A DNA stretch of 46,456 bases from Thermoproteota archaeon (GTDB lineage: Archaea; Thermoproteota; Methanomethylicia; Methanomethylicales; Methanomethylicaceae). The translations under genes were made by a program, and so were the position numbers. Every line of letters begins with the position of its first letter. Positions within the stretch are counted from its first letter, which is position 1. Below the pieces are notes generated by a model. The model saw only the letters and a list, made by a program, of their open reading frames with translations, was not told the DNA's origin and did no database searches. Below are positions 1-9,076 of this stretch, one piece after another. The stretch spans positions 1-46,456 of the forward strand of contig JASFYL010000004.1 in NCBI GenBank assembly GCA_030055575.1. The letters are read 5' to 3'.

Positions 1-480
1 GTGCCCGCCAGCACAGTCAGCCACAGCCTGAAGCCGCTGAGGGGAATGGGAGCGATCGATGTGAGCCGCAACGGGATAGCCGTAAAGAACCCCAGGAAGA
101 TCCTGCTTTTCTGGTGCAGCGTCAGGCGCCTGGAACCGCTTGTTGTGTACAGGAAAAGTCTCAGAGTGCCCGTGCAGGAGATAGAGGGGATGGTTCCTCC
201 ACGCACCATATTCACCGCATTCACCGCCTTCAAGCATCGCTTCGGGCGTGTTCCAGCCGAATACAGCGAGGTTTACGTCTACGGCGATGCGGAAGGCTTC
301 GAGTCCAGGTTCGGACCGCCATCCTACCCCAAGGAGAGGTGCAACCTCATAGTGATGGAGCCGGACAACCACTTGAGAAGGCTTGGGAAGGCGCCCCTGG
401 CGCAAATTTACGCTGATCTCTGGAACATCCCCTCCTGGTACTCGCAGGACTTTATCAATGAGCTGGACAGGATGATCTAA
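1..480 (+). CDS. AbiEi-like type IV TA antitoxin / winged-helix protein, probably 5'-truncated by the window edge
   Basis: N-terminal HTH tail (STVSHSLKPLRGMGAI), conserved-looking LLFW and C-terminal PLAQIYADLW segments typical of archaeal AbiEi/DUF2186-like proteins; ends 1 nt before a nucleotidyltransferase gene. Confidence 0.6.
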   Translation: MPASTVSHSLKPLRGMGAIDVSRNGIAVKNPRKILLFWCSVRRLEPLVVYRKSLRVPVQEIEGMVPPRTIFTAFTAFKHRFGRVPAEYSEVYVYGDAEGFESRFGPPSYPKERCNLIVMEPDNHLRRLGKAPLAQIYADLWNIPSWYSQDFINELDRMI

Positions 481-481
481 G

Positions 482-1126
482 ATGTCATTCTATCATCCCG
501 ACATAACCGAGGAGAGCTGGAGGGTCCTTCTGGAACTGAGGAGGAGGCATTCGTTCATACTGATCGGGGGATGGGCCGTCTGGCTCTACACAAAGGGGCT
601 GAAGTCCAAGGACATCGACATTATAGTGGACTTCGAAGAGCTCTCCCAACTGAGGAAAGAGTTTTTGCTCACCAAGAACCCGCGCCTGAAGAAGTACGAA
701 CTTAAGCAGGGCTCCACTGATGTGGACGTATACGTGCTCCACTACTCGGACTTCGGGATCCCGCCGCATCTTCTCAGCGCACATGTCCTCAGCGTCGAAG
801 GGTTCAGGGTGCTGGCTCCGGAGTACCTCCTGGTCCTGAAGTTAAGGGCTGCCATGGACCGGGAGGTCTCGGCTAAGGGGGAAAAGGACAGGATAGACAT
901 ACTATCGCTGCTGGTATCAGGGGCGGTCAAGCTAAGCGAGTTTGTCGCGATCTGCAGGCAGAACTCCCTTGACGGCTACGTCGATTTACTAGAAAGAGTG
1001 GTACTAAGAGGTCAGGCAGAATATGCAACGCTCGGATTGTCCGACCTCAGGAAGGTGAAGCTCTTCAAAGAGAAATTTGCCAAGGAGCTAGGTGATGCAA
1101 AATCCAAATTTCGGCTGGACAAGTGA
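482..1126 (+). CDS. Pol-beta-superfamily nucleotidyltransferase, AbiEii-like toxin
   Basis: ILIGGWAV...KDIDIIV (hGG...DxD) motif, LVLKLRA and KDRID C-terminal motifs typical of AbiEii-like NTases; operonic with upstream gene. Confidence 0.7.
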   Translation: MSFYHPDITEESWRVLLELRRRHSFILIGGWAVWLYTKGLKSKDIDIIVDFEELSQLRKEFLLTKNPRLKKYELKQGSTDVDVYVLHYSDFGIPPHLLSAHVLSVEGFRVLAPEYLLVLKLRAAMDREVSAKGEKDRIDILSLLVSGAVKLSEFVAICRQNSLDGYVDLLERVVLRGQAEYATLGLSDLRKVKLFKEKFAKELGDAKSKFRLDK

Positions 1127-1506
1127 AGACAAATCTTCCGTTAAGCCATGCAAGCAGAGTCCTGATAAAATACGAGTCCATTCCCGTGGAAACTTTAATG
1201 GATGCATAAGCGAGCTGGTGAAGTGGGTGATTACAGGTTATTCTGCGATGTATCTCAAATCAGCTGGGATCACTTGCATAAGTAAGTTCTTGGATAAGAC
1301 GACTGGCTTCATTTTGTGTTGGTAGCGACCATTGTGTGAGGCTCGGGGGCGTTAGAATCCTACTCGACCTCGAACTTCTCTCGACCGAAGTATGGAGTTC
1401 GAAACGCTAGGGATCCCTTGGTTGAAGCTGAATACCCTCTACGAACGAAGGTAGAGATGGCAAGGCACGGTAGGTCAGGGCAGGGCGCGCTGGGCTTGAA
1501 GCGGCG

Positions 1507-3519
1507 CTAAGTCGTCCTCTCGCGGGTAAGGGGGAGGCGGATGGTGAACGTAGTTCTTCCCTCCTCTCCCTTCACTGCCGCGGTCCCCGCGACTTCGGGG
1601 CGGCTCTCGACCTCGACGCTGCCGCCCATCGCCTCTACGAACTTCTTCACGACCGCCAGACCCATGCCCATCCCCCTCGGCTTGCCCGTCACGAAGGGCT
1701 GGAAGAGCTTCTCCCTGACCTCCGGCGGGATCCCCACCCCGGTGTCGGAGACTGATACAGCGTAGCGGTGCCCTCCTTCTTCAACCGCCGCCTCGACCCT
1801 GAGCTGCCCACCACGGGGCATCGCCTGGACGGCGTTAGTAAGGATGTTGACTAGGCACCTTTTCAGGAGGTATGGATCCGTCTTCACACAGCTCAGGGCT
1901 GTTTCAACCGAGACCTGGACATCAACATTTGGCGGGATCGAGACGCTCGAGAGCGCGTCCTTGACCACCTCCTGGATATTGACCGGCTCGTACTGGGGAG
2001 AGACACTCCTCGCGTAGTCGTTGAGGTCGCGCACGATCTTGTCCATGTACTGGATCTGCCTCTGCACCCTACCGTAGATCTCCAAGAGCGTCTGCCGCTC
2101 CCTCTCGTCATTGATCCCGAGCCGGGATATCTCCTCGCGGGTCAGCCAGACCAGGTTTGTCATCGCTTGGAGCGGGTTCCTCAGATCGTGCCCTACCATC
2201 GTGGCTGCCTCGCCTAGTGCAGCCATCCTCTCCGCCTCCCTGAGCCTCTTCGTCCGCTCGACCACGACCTCCTCGAGGGAAGAGACGTAGTTCCAAAGCG
2301 CCTCCCTCGCCAGGACGGTCTCGGTGATGTCAAGGATAATCCCCTGGTAGTGGGTGATCTCCCCAGACGGCGAACGCCTGACCCAAGTGTAGTCCCTCAC
2401 CCACCTCGTTTGCCCGTCCCTCGTTACAATGCGGTAGACCTGCTCGAACTCGACCAGCCCCTTTTTGGAGTACTCCGAGACCTCCGAGGCGACGCGGGCG
2501 AGATCCTCCGGGCTCACTATATCAGCATACTTCAGCCTTCCAGAAGTGAAGTCATCTGGAGAGTACCCGAACTTGGAGATGTTCTCGGTGACATACTCAA
2601 CGGGCCACCCCTCCTCATTCTTCCAAAGGAAGGTCACAGCCGGGCTCCTGTTTATTATGAAGTAGAGCGCCTGCAGGTCGCGCATGGCTCTCTTGAGGCT
2701 CTCTTCGGTTTCCTTCAGCTCGGTGATGTCTACCCCGGTGCTTATGAAGAAGGTCTTCCCGCCGAACTCGACGGACCGGTGGATGTTCATGTAGGTCCTT
2801 CCGGATCGGGAGGTCCACTCGTGCTTTTCGGTCCCAGCTTTGCCCAAAGCCTTGAGGCTGGGGCACCCGTAGCATGGTCTGGAGAGCCCCTTCGAAACCT
2901 CGTAGCACTTCCTGCCCGACGGGTTCTCAAAGGCGATGTTATCCTCAAAGAACCTATTCCAGTAGACAAAATTGAACTTGTCGTCCTTTAAGTAGACATA
3001 TGCGGGCAGCGAGTCAAGCAAGAGATCCTTCAGCCTGAGCTCCCGGAATGTGCTAATTATAAACGATAGATGCTGGGCTGTCAGCCTTGCTAAAGGTACC
3101 GCTTTCAGAGAGAGCTCCTTTGTATGGACTAAGACGACTGATACGGGCTCGCCATCTACGGCAACCCTAGTCAAGGCGGCTTCCGAACTGCCTACATCTC
3201 CCGGGGCGGGGTCTAGCCTAACCAGCTCACCGCCGATGGCGCGGTGGACGGCGTCTCGGGTACTTGGTGCCAAGAGTAGCTCGGCAGGAACGCTGGGCGA
3301 GGAGCAAAGAAGCTCAACCCGGTCGCCATTCCGGACGAAGATAGCGACCCCGAACCTCGGACCAGAGAGGGCGAGGCAGAATCCCTTATACACCTCGACC
3401 TCGTCTAAGCCTGACCGAGGGAGGGCGAGCAGTGTTTCGTTCACCGATATCAGGGCATTCATGAGATCATCGTCCGTAAATCTCTCCCTCCTCGACGGAA
3501 TCGGTCTTCTCATGCCCAT
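1507..3519 (-). CDS. Cytoplasmic multi-PAS sensor histidine kinase
   Basis: H-box GHDLRNPL, N-box NILTNAVQAM, G1 DTGVGIP, F-box LFQPFVTGK, G2 GMGMGL; two PAS/PAC regions; no obvious TM helix. Confidence 0.95.
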   Translation of the reverse strand: MGMRRPIPSRRERFTDDDLMNALISVNETLLALPRSGLDEVEVYKGFCLALSGPRFGVAIFVRNGDRVELLCSSPSVPAELLLAPSTRDAVHRAIGGELVRLDPAPGDVGSSEAALTRVAVDGEPVSVVLVHTKELSLKAVPLARLTAQHLSFIISTFRELRLKDLLLDSLPAYVYLKDDKFNFVYWNRFFEDNIAFENPSGRKCYEVSKGLSRPCYGCPSLKALGKAGTEKHEWTSRSGRTYMNIHRSVEFGGKTFFISTGVDITELKETEESLKRAMRDLQALYFIINRSPAVTFLWKNEEGWPVEYVTENISKFGYSPDDFTSGRLKYADIVSPEDLARVASEVSEYSKKGLVEFEQVYRIVTRDGQTRWVRDYTWVRRSPSGEITHYQGIILDITETVLAREALWNYVSSLEEVVVERTKRLREAERMAALGEAATMVGHDLRNPLQAMTNLVWLTREEISRLGINDERERQTLLEIYGRVQRQIQYMDKIVRDLNDYARSVSPQYEPVNIQEVVKDALSSVSIPPNVDVQVSVETALSCVKTDPYLLKRCLVNILTNAVQAMPRGGQLRVEAAVEEGGHRYAVSVSDTGVGIPPEVREKLFQPFVTGKPRGMGMGLAVVKKFVEAMGGSVEVESRPEVAGTAAVKGEEGRTTFTIRLPLTRERTT

Positions 3520-3623
3520 TATTTACTAGAAATGTCCAGTCATTAGTTCAAGCACAATCGGACGGACTATTCTCCACGCCCCAAGATCCGATTGCCTAAT
3601 AATAGCAGCGCCACGATCGTCAG

Positions 3624-4106
3624 TCAATAGTACATCTCCTCCCGGATCCTTTTTATCCTCTCCTGAGAGTCCCTCTCGATGAGAGCGATTATCTTCTCCT
3701 GTATGTTCCGGATCTCCTGTTTCTGCCTATCCACCTGATCGTTGATCGCCTTGATCAGCTCCTCTGGGTCCACTGGCTTCAGGAGGTAGGCGTCAGCCCC
3801 CATGTTGAGTGCCTGGATTGCGTTCTCTAGCGTCGCGTTCCCCGTGAGGATAATCTTCCTCGTCCTCGGGATCCTCGTCTGGTTGAACTCTCTGAGGAGT
3901 GCCACCCCCGACGAGTCTGGTAACACGATGTCAAGAATGGCTACGTCGTAGTGCCTCCGCTGTATCCGATCCGCTGCCTCGCGTCCAGTGGATGCGGTGT
4001 CGACGTGGTACCCCCTGCTCTCGAGGATCATCTTTAGGGTCTCGAGGAGGGTTGTGTCGTCGTCCACAATAAGCACGTAGATCGAGCCCGGATCCAAGGA
4101 GGGCAC
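3624..4106 (-). CDS. Response regulator, receiver domain plus C-terminal coiled coil, no DNA-binding domain
   Basis: LIVDDD, phospho-acceptor ILDIVLPD, LTG, YLLKP motifs; GTG start. Confidence 0.93.
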   Translation of the reverse strand: MPSLDPGSIYVLIVDDDTTLLETLKMILESRGYHVDTASTGREAADRIQRRHYDVAILDIVLPDSSGVALLREFNQTRIPRTRKIILTGNATLENAIQALNMGADAYLLKPVDPEELIKAINDQVDRQKQEIRNIQEKIIALIERDSQERIKRIREEMYY

Positions 4107-4176
4107 CCCACCAGTTCATCGCCAGTTGCTTGATAGTTAGTCCACCTTACGACTAATAAAGGTTCATATGAATCCC

Positions 4177-4208
4177 AGCGTTGGTCAAGATTTCTTGCCC
4201 AACACGCT
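4177..4208. promoter_or_regulatory. Imperfect inverted repeat, candidate operator in a divergent promoter
   Basis: GTTGGTCAAGA (4180-4190) vs TCTTGCCCAAC (4193-4203), 10/11 complementary, extendable by AGCG/CGCT; lies between the divergent response regulator and transporter genes, next to TTAAA. Confidence 0.35.
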
Positions 4209-4426
4209 TAAAGCAACCGTAACCGAAGTGGTATCCCAACGGAGGACTAGCAATGGGTGAGTGTCTTTATAAAGGTGGTAGCCTTTTCTGGTTACCGCGG
4301 TAGTGCGGTGCGCCAGTCCTCTGCCATGACCTCCCCCTCGAATTTCTATGAGAGTTTTATAGCCGAGGGAATGGCAGCGGGCTGTTCATGCGGGTCGATT
4401 TTTTTGAACCCTGAAGTGTTGGGGGG

Positions 4427-4618
4427 ATGCCTTTGGCGAGGCTGAACGGAAGGATCGTCCTCGGGCTCGCGATACTGGGTGTCAGCTTCGTCTCGGTGCT
4501 TCTCGTCGCGGCGACTGTGGGCGGGTGGGTCGCGTACTTCTACCAGCTGGCGGTCAGCTGCGTCTGGGCAGCCGCCCTCCTCTGGCTGAGGGTGAAGGAC
4601 TTCTGGGAGGAGGACTGA
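4427..4618 (+). CDS. Small two-TM membrane protein, likely symporter accessory subunit
   Basis: 63 aa, two hydrophobic segments, ends 3 nt before an SSS symporter gene, a common arrangement for this family. Confidence 0.7.
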   Translation: MPLARLNGRIVLGLAILGVSFVSVLLVAATVGGWVAYFYQLAVSCVWAAALLWLRVKDFWEED

Positions 4619-4621
4619 AAG

Positions 4622-6187
4622 ATGGCAGACTCGGTTCCGATCCCATCCCCGACGGTCGAGTCAGCGCTGGCGGTCCCTCTTGCGGTCGGGGCTATGCTGG
4701 TCGTCAGCGCGGCGATCGGGGTCTTCTTCTTCAGGAAGAACAGGAGTTTCGACGACTGGGCCGTTGGTCACGGCGACGTCGGCCCTCTTGTAACGGGACT
4801 GGCTTTGACTGCGACGTGGCTGAGCGGTTGGGCCATCTTCGGCAATGCCGGGCTCGGGTACACATACGGTTGGTCCGGGACATGGCTAATAGGCGGGATG
4901 AACCTGATGGGCCTCTCGTTATGCGTCGTGCTGGGCTACAGAATGAGGAGGTACGCTGCTCTCGGTGCTAGGACCGTCCCCGAGGTAGCGAGGGTCAGGT
5001 TCGACAGTAGGCTCGTGCAAGGGCTCGCCGGGATCGCGATGGTGATCCTGCTCATAGTCTACAGCGTCGGGCAGTACAAGGCGATGGCATCGGTCTGGAA
5101 GCTGACGACTGGGACGGACTGGCTTGTCAGCCTCCTCATCACCGCGGTGCTGTGCGCCGCGTACATAATGGTCGGCGGCTACGCAGGGACTCAGCTGTCC
5201 CTCGCGCTCCAAGGAGCCATATTCATGGCGATAGGCTGGATATTCGGCTTAGCTTCGATATTCTGGGCGGGGGGGCCAGACAAGATAGCGGAGGCGATAG
5301 CCTCGTCGAACTTCGTTAAGCCGGGAGGGGATGCGACATCGGTCCCGATAGGGGGATACACCTCGCCGATAGCGCCCTCTTTCCCAGGGTACGACTGGAT
5401 CGGCGTGACCGCGGCGATGTTCATGTTCCTGTTCATGGCGACGGGGTTCCCGCACAACATAGCCAGGTTCCTCGGGACTAGGAAGGTCACGAAGAAGGAG
5501 TACGGGGCGATCATGCTCGTCGTCGCGCTCAATTGCGTAACTCCGCTGATGGTGGGTGCGATGGGCTACGCGGCTAGGGCGGTCTGGGGTCCCGAGCTGA
5601 TGAAGTCCGGACCGATCTACGGCGACGCCGCTGCCTCGCTGGTCTCAATGGCCATCGGCGGTACTGCGGGGGCGGCAGTATTCTCGATGGCGGTCTTCTC
5701 TGCGGCTGTATCATCGCTCGCTGGCATGGTGATGATAATGGCGACGAATGTCAGCAGGGACCTGGTCCAGAACGTGGCGCCAAAGATGAGCAAGCGCGCC
5801 ACGCTGGCGCTCTCGAGGCTCCTCGTGATACCGTTCGTGCTGATACCCCTATGGTGGACTTACACATCTCCTCCCCCGGTCCTCTCCGAGTTCATGTCTG
5901 GGTCCGCGGTCGCGCAGGGCGGGATATTCTTCTTCGTCATCGCGGTCTCGATGTACTGGAGGAGGGCCACGAAGTGGGGGGCAGTAGCCACAATAGTCTA
6001 CGGGATGGCATTCGCGCTGCTCCACCCGAACGTCTACGGGAAGCTCTACCCGCCGTTCAACCACTGGGGGATCTGGGCGCTCGCGCTGATGTTCGGGTGC
6101 GCCGCGGTCTATGTGCTGGTGAGCCTGGTAACGAAGCCTCTGCCGGAGGAGAAGCTGGCGAAGCTCTTCGGCAAAAAGGAGGGGTGA
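4622..6187 (+). CDS. Sodium:solute symporter (SSS; PutP/PanF/ActP-like), substrate unknown
   Basis: About 13 TM helices; ATWLSGWAIFGNAGLGYTYG, TVPEVARVRFDS, GGYAG, GFPHNIARF, SAAVSS motifs. Confidence 0.92.
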   Translation: MADSVPIPSPTVESALAVPLAVGAMLVVSAAIGVFFFRKNRSFDDWAVGHGDVGPLVTGLALTATWLSGWAIFGNAGLGYTYGWSGTWLIGGMNLMGLSLCVVLGYRMRRYAALGARTVPEVARVRFDSRLVQGLAGIAMVILLIVYSVGQYKAMASVWKLTTGTDWLVSLLITAVLCAAYIMVGGYAGTQLSLALQGAIFMAIGWIFGLASIFWAGGPDKIAEAIASSNFVKPGGDATSVPIGGYTSPIAPSFPGYDWIGVTAAMFMFLFMATGFPHNIARFLGTRKVTKKEYGAIMLVVALNCVTPLMVGAMGYAARAVWGPELMKSGPIYGDAAASLVSMAIGGTAGAAVFSMAVFSAAVSSLAGMVMIMATNVSRDLVQNVAPKMSKRATLALSRLLVIPFVLIPLWWTYTSPPPVLSEFMSGSAVAQGGIFFFVIAVSMYWRRATKWGAVATIVYGMAFALLHPNVYGKLYPPFNHWGIWALALMFGCAAVYVLVSLVTKPLPEEKLAKLFGKKEG

Positions 6188-6228
6188 GGTCGAGGAGGCA
6201 ACCCTCGGACCGGACGGGTGCTGTGCCC

Positions 6229-6279
6229 GTTCTTCCTTTTTCCCTTTTTATCCTTCATTTCCCTCTTTTGGTACTTTTC
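6229..6279 (+). terminator. Polypyrimidine / oligo-T tract, probable archaeal intrinsic terminator
   Basis: TTCTTCCTTTTTCCCTTTTTATCCTTCATTTCCCTCTTTT about 40 nt after the symporter stop, between convergent genes. Confidence 0.55.
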
Positions 6280-6339
6280 TGGGCCGATCGCTGCAGTCTT
6301 GATCCGGCGCCATCGATTTCCGAACTCGAGGTTCCGGTT

Positions 6340-7392
6340 TCAGAAGGCATGAGCTGGCACGAATTTCTTTGCTATCTCAGAGCAAATCCTGACGGTCTCC
6401 CTCCCCTCCTCGGGCGGGACTGGGGTGCGCCCGCCGCCGATAATAGCGTCGACGAACTGCTTGATGAGAGCCCGGTGCGTCTGGAGCCACCTCTTGCTAC
6501 TCGGTCTCAGCGCGGTGCAGAAGGACTGGCTGGTGAGCTGCCCCCACTGGCTGACCAAGGAGAGGTTCTTGTCGACGACTTTGAGCGTGGGGAGGCGCCT
6601 GGTGATGAGGATCGAGTTGTACATGTCGACATCTACTGCCCCGCTCGTGGCGATGGCCTCCACAGTGTAGTTCCAGCTGCCTCCACCGAAGGAGACCAGG
6701 ATCATGCAACGGGCGTTCCCACCCTGGAGGGCGACCCTGAAGGTGTCGTGGGGTATCGCCAGGTGATCGTTCAATCTGCAGGCCTCTGCGCTCAAGAGGT
6801 CCACCCTTCCCAAGAGCGAAATGGCAAGGTAAATCGGGTGGGGGAAGTTCTCGAGGAAGAAGCCGCCGCCTATGCGGTGCACCCAGTGCTCCGGATCAAG
6901 GTATACGGATTTCCTGAGCTGGTGGGTAATACGAACGTCAAGGACCTCTCCCAACTCTCCTCCGGCGATCATCTTCCGGGCGCGCAGGAAGCACGGGTGG
7001 AACCGCTGGTTGTGCGCCACGCAGAGCATCCTCCCGGACTTGGACGCGGCGCCTATCATCTCGTCGCACTCCTTGAGGGTCGTCGCCATCGGCTTCTCCA
7101 CCATCACGTGGCAGCCCCTCTCGAGCGCGCCGACGGATACCTGGGCATGGGAGTCGGGAGGGGTGCAGATGTGCACCAGATCAGGTTCCTCCCTTACAAT
7201 CATCTCCTCCCAGGAACGGTAGAAGCTCCTAATCCCGAACTTCTTAGAGGCAGACTCGGCCCTTTTAAGATCGGTGTCCGAGACCGCAACGACAGACACC
7301 ATGTCCTTGAGCCGAATCAGGGACGGGAGGTGGGAGGACAGTGCGACGTTTCCGCACCCCACGAGAGCGACCCTTATCTTTGGCATCCTCAT
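6340..7392 (-). CDS. Gfo/Idh/MocA-family NAD(P)-dependent oxidoreductase, likely acting on a sugar
   Basis: VALVGCGNVA Rossmann motif, ICTPPDSH, HVMVEKPM, HNQRF, GGGFFLENFPHPI. Confidence 0.92.
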   Translation of the reverse strand: MRMPKIRVALVGCGNVALSSHLPSLIRLKDMVSVVAVSDTDLKRAESASKKFGIRSFYRSWEEMIVREEPDLVHICTPPDSHAQVSVGALERGCHVMVEKPMATTLKECDEMIGAASKSGRMLCVAHNQRFHPCFLRARKMIAGGELGEVLDVRITHQLRKSVYLDPEHWVHRIGGGFFLENFPHPIYLAISLLGRVDLLSAEACRLNDHLAIPHDTFRVALQGGNARCMILVSFGGGSWNYTVEAIATSGAVDVDMYNSILITRRLPTLKVVDKNLSLVSQWGQLTSQSFCTALRPSSKRWLQTHRALIKQFVDAIIGGGRTPVPPEEGRETVRICSEIAKKFVPAHAF

Positions 7393-7462
7393 CCATCTAT
7401 CTTTTTATGTCAACGGGTAACAGAGATATAATGGTTGCCGTTGCCCACGAAGAGGTCTTGAA

Positions 7463-8422
7463 ATGATCGTTGATCCTTACTTGCAGAAGACGCTCAAGGA
7501 GAGGGCGATCTTCTCGCTGGACCGGACAGTGCTTCCGATGCTCCCGGAGCTTTACGAGGGGGTCGTGATACCGGTCAGGAGGTGGATCTACGACCTCGCC
7601 GTGAGGGGGAGGGTGAACCGTCTGGTCTCGGAGAGGCTGGCCGAGTGGCCCTCCGTATTCACCAACATCGAGATCGAGACCGTGAACAGGTGCAACAACG
7701 ACTGCCCATTCTGCCCGGCAAACAGAGGCGCGGACAGGAGGGCCCATGCCGTGATGGGCAGACGGCTGTTCACGTCGATCGTGAGGCAGCTGGGGGAGAT
7801 CGGCTTCAGGGGGAACCTAGCGCTTTACTCTAACAACGAGCCCCTCTTGGACCCCAGGATCGCGGAGCTGGCAAGGGAGGCCAGGGGGGCGGTGCCCGGA
7901 TCTTTCATCTACATCTTCACGAACGGAACTCTACTCACACCTGGGCTCTACACGGAGCTGATGGGATCACTGGACCTGATCGTGATAAACAACTACAGCG
8001 ACGACCTCAAGCTGCTCCCCCAGGTGAGGGAGATCGAGAGGGCCTCGAGGAGCGACCCCGGGCGCTACGGGAGGACCAAGATCGTGCTCCGGAGGAAAAG
8101 CGAGTTCAGGACGAACAGGGCCGGGCAGTCCCCTAACAGGAGGCGCCGCTTGGGGCTTACGTCGGCTTGCATCTATCCCTTCTCCCAGATGGTGGTCAGG
8201 CCCGATGGGAAACTGAGCCTCTGCTGCAACGACGCGTGGGGGGCGACCACCATGGGAGATCTCTCCGAGACCGCGATACTCGATTGCTGGTTCGGGGAGA
8301 GGTACAAAGAAGCGAGGAGGAAGATCATCAGGGGGAGGAAGTGCCTCAGCCCGTGCAGGGAATGCGACAACCTGACCACAGGGCACATCGAGGAGGTGCC
8401 TTTGAAGCTCGGCTTCAATTAA
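7463..8422 (+). CDS. Radical SAM protein with twitch/SPASM auxiliary Fe-S domain
   Basis: CNNDCPFC (Cx3Cx2C), NEPLL, FTNG; C-terminal C-x17-C-x43-C-x2-C including RPDGKLSLCC. Confidence 0.93.
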   Translation: MIVDPYLQKTLKERAIFSLDRTVLPMLPELYEGVVIPVRRWIYDLAVRGRVNRLVSERLAEWPSVFTNIEIETVNRCNNDCPFCPANRGADRRAHAVMGRRLFTSIVRQLGEIGFRGNLALYSNNEPLLDPRIAELAREARGAVPGSFIYIFTNGTLLTPGLYTELMGSLDLIVINNYSDDLKLLPQVREIERASRSDPGRYGRTKIVLRRKSEFRTNRAGQSPNRRRRLGLTSACIYPFSQMVVRPDGKLSLCCNDAWGATTMGDLSETAILDCWFGERYKEARRKIIRGRKCLSPCRECDNLTTGHIEEVPLKLGFN

Positions 8423-9076
8423 ATAGGGGCATGAACGGGAGACTCAGCCGTAAGACCGGCAGGGAATTGCTCGATTCTTGACCGGGAACCTACTGAATGC
8501 AGAGCAGATTTATCCAAGTTCCTTCTGAAGGATTTTGCTGTAATTACTCGACCCGACGTGCCTGGGGCTTGAGACGGACCCGCAGCGCCTCGAGTACTCT
8601 AGAGCGCACTTGAGGAGACCCCTCTTCAAGGATCCGAGGCGGCGCAGCGAGCCGTTCCTGCTCCCCCCATTCTCAGGGCAAAGGGACTGGATGTAACCGA
8701 GGGGCACGATGAAATGCACATGAACCGCTTGTTTACTAGTCCCATATTGTTACGATTTCTGAACTAAACTAATGTCAGATTGTTCTTTATGATCATGTGA
8801 TTTGTTCCTGGTGTTACAGAAGAAGGGGGCGATCCAAGTCGCAACCCCTATGGAAGGATTAAGCTGAGGCGCATACTTATTGAAACTTCCAGTAGCAAAC
8901 CAGGCGTAGAAGGATTGATGGAGAAAGACACCCCAATTAGGTCAAGCTGAGGGCTGCGCCCGTTGAGAATGCATGGGCAGCACAACTAACGCGGGAACGG
9001 GTCTCAATTAATACACGTAAGTCTCTAAATAGATAGTGCTATATTCTACTCTGCGTCCGAATAGGTAGAGAATCAG

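Noticed and set aside
1092-1325. 77-aa ORF after the NTase
   Set aside because: Overlaps the NTase stop, atypical codon usage, no motif
1330-1410. Possible tRNA remnant or att site (GTTAGAATCC and a CGAACTTC/GGAGTTCG hairpin)
   Set aside because: No cloverleaf, no intact TTCGAA T-loop with acceptor stem, and no integrase in the window
3555-3594. 8-bp inverted repeat CAATCGGA/TCCGATTG between the regulator and kinase genes
   Set aside because: Short with a 24-nt spacer; plausible by chance
5851-7431. 526-aa plus-strand ORF
   Set aside because: Antisense shadow of the Gfo/Idh/MocA gene that also overlaps the symporter out of frame; no recognisable motifs
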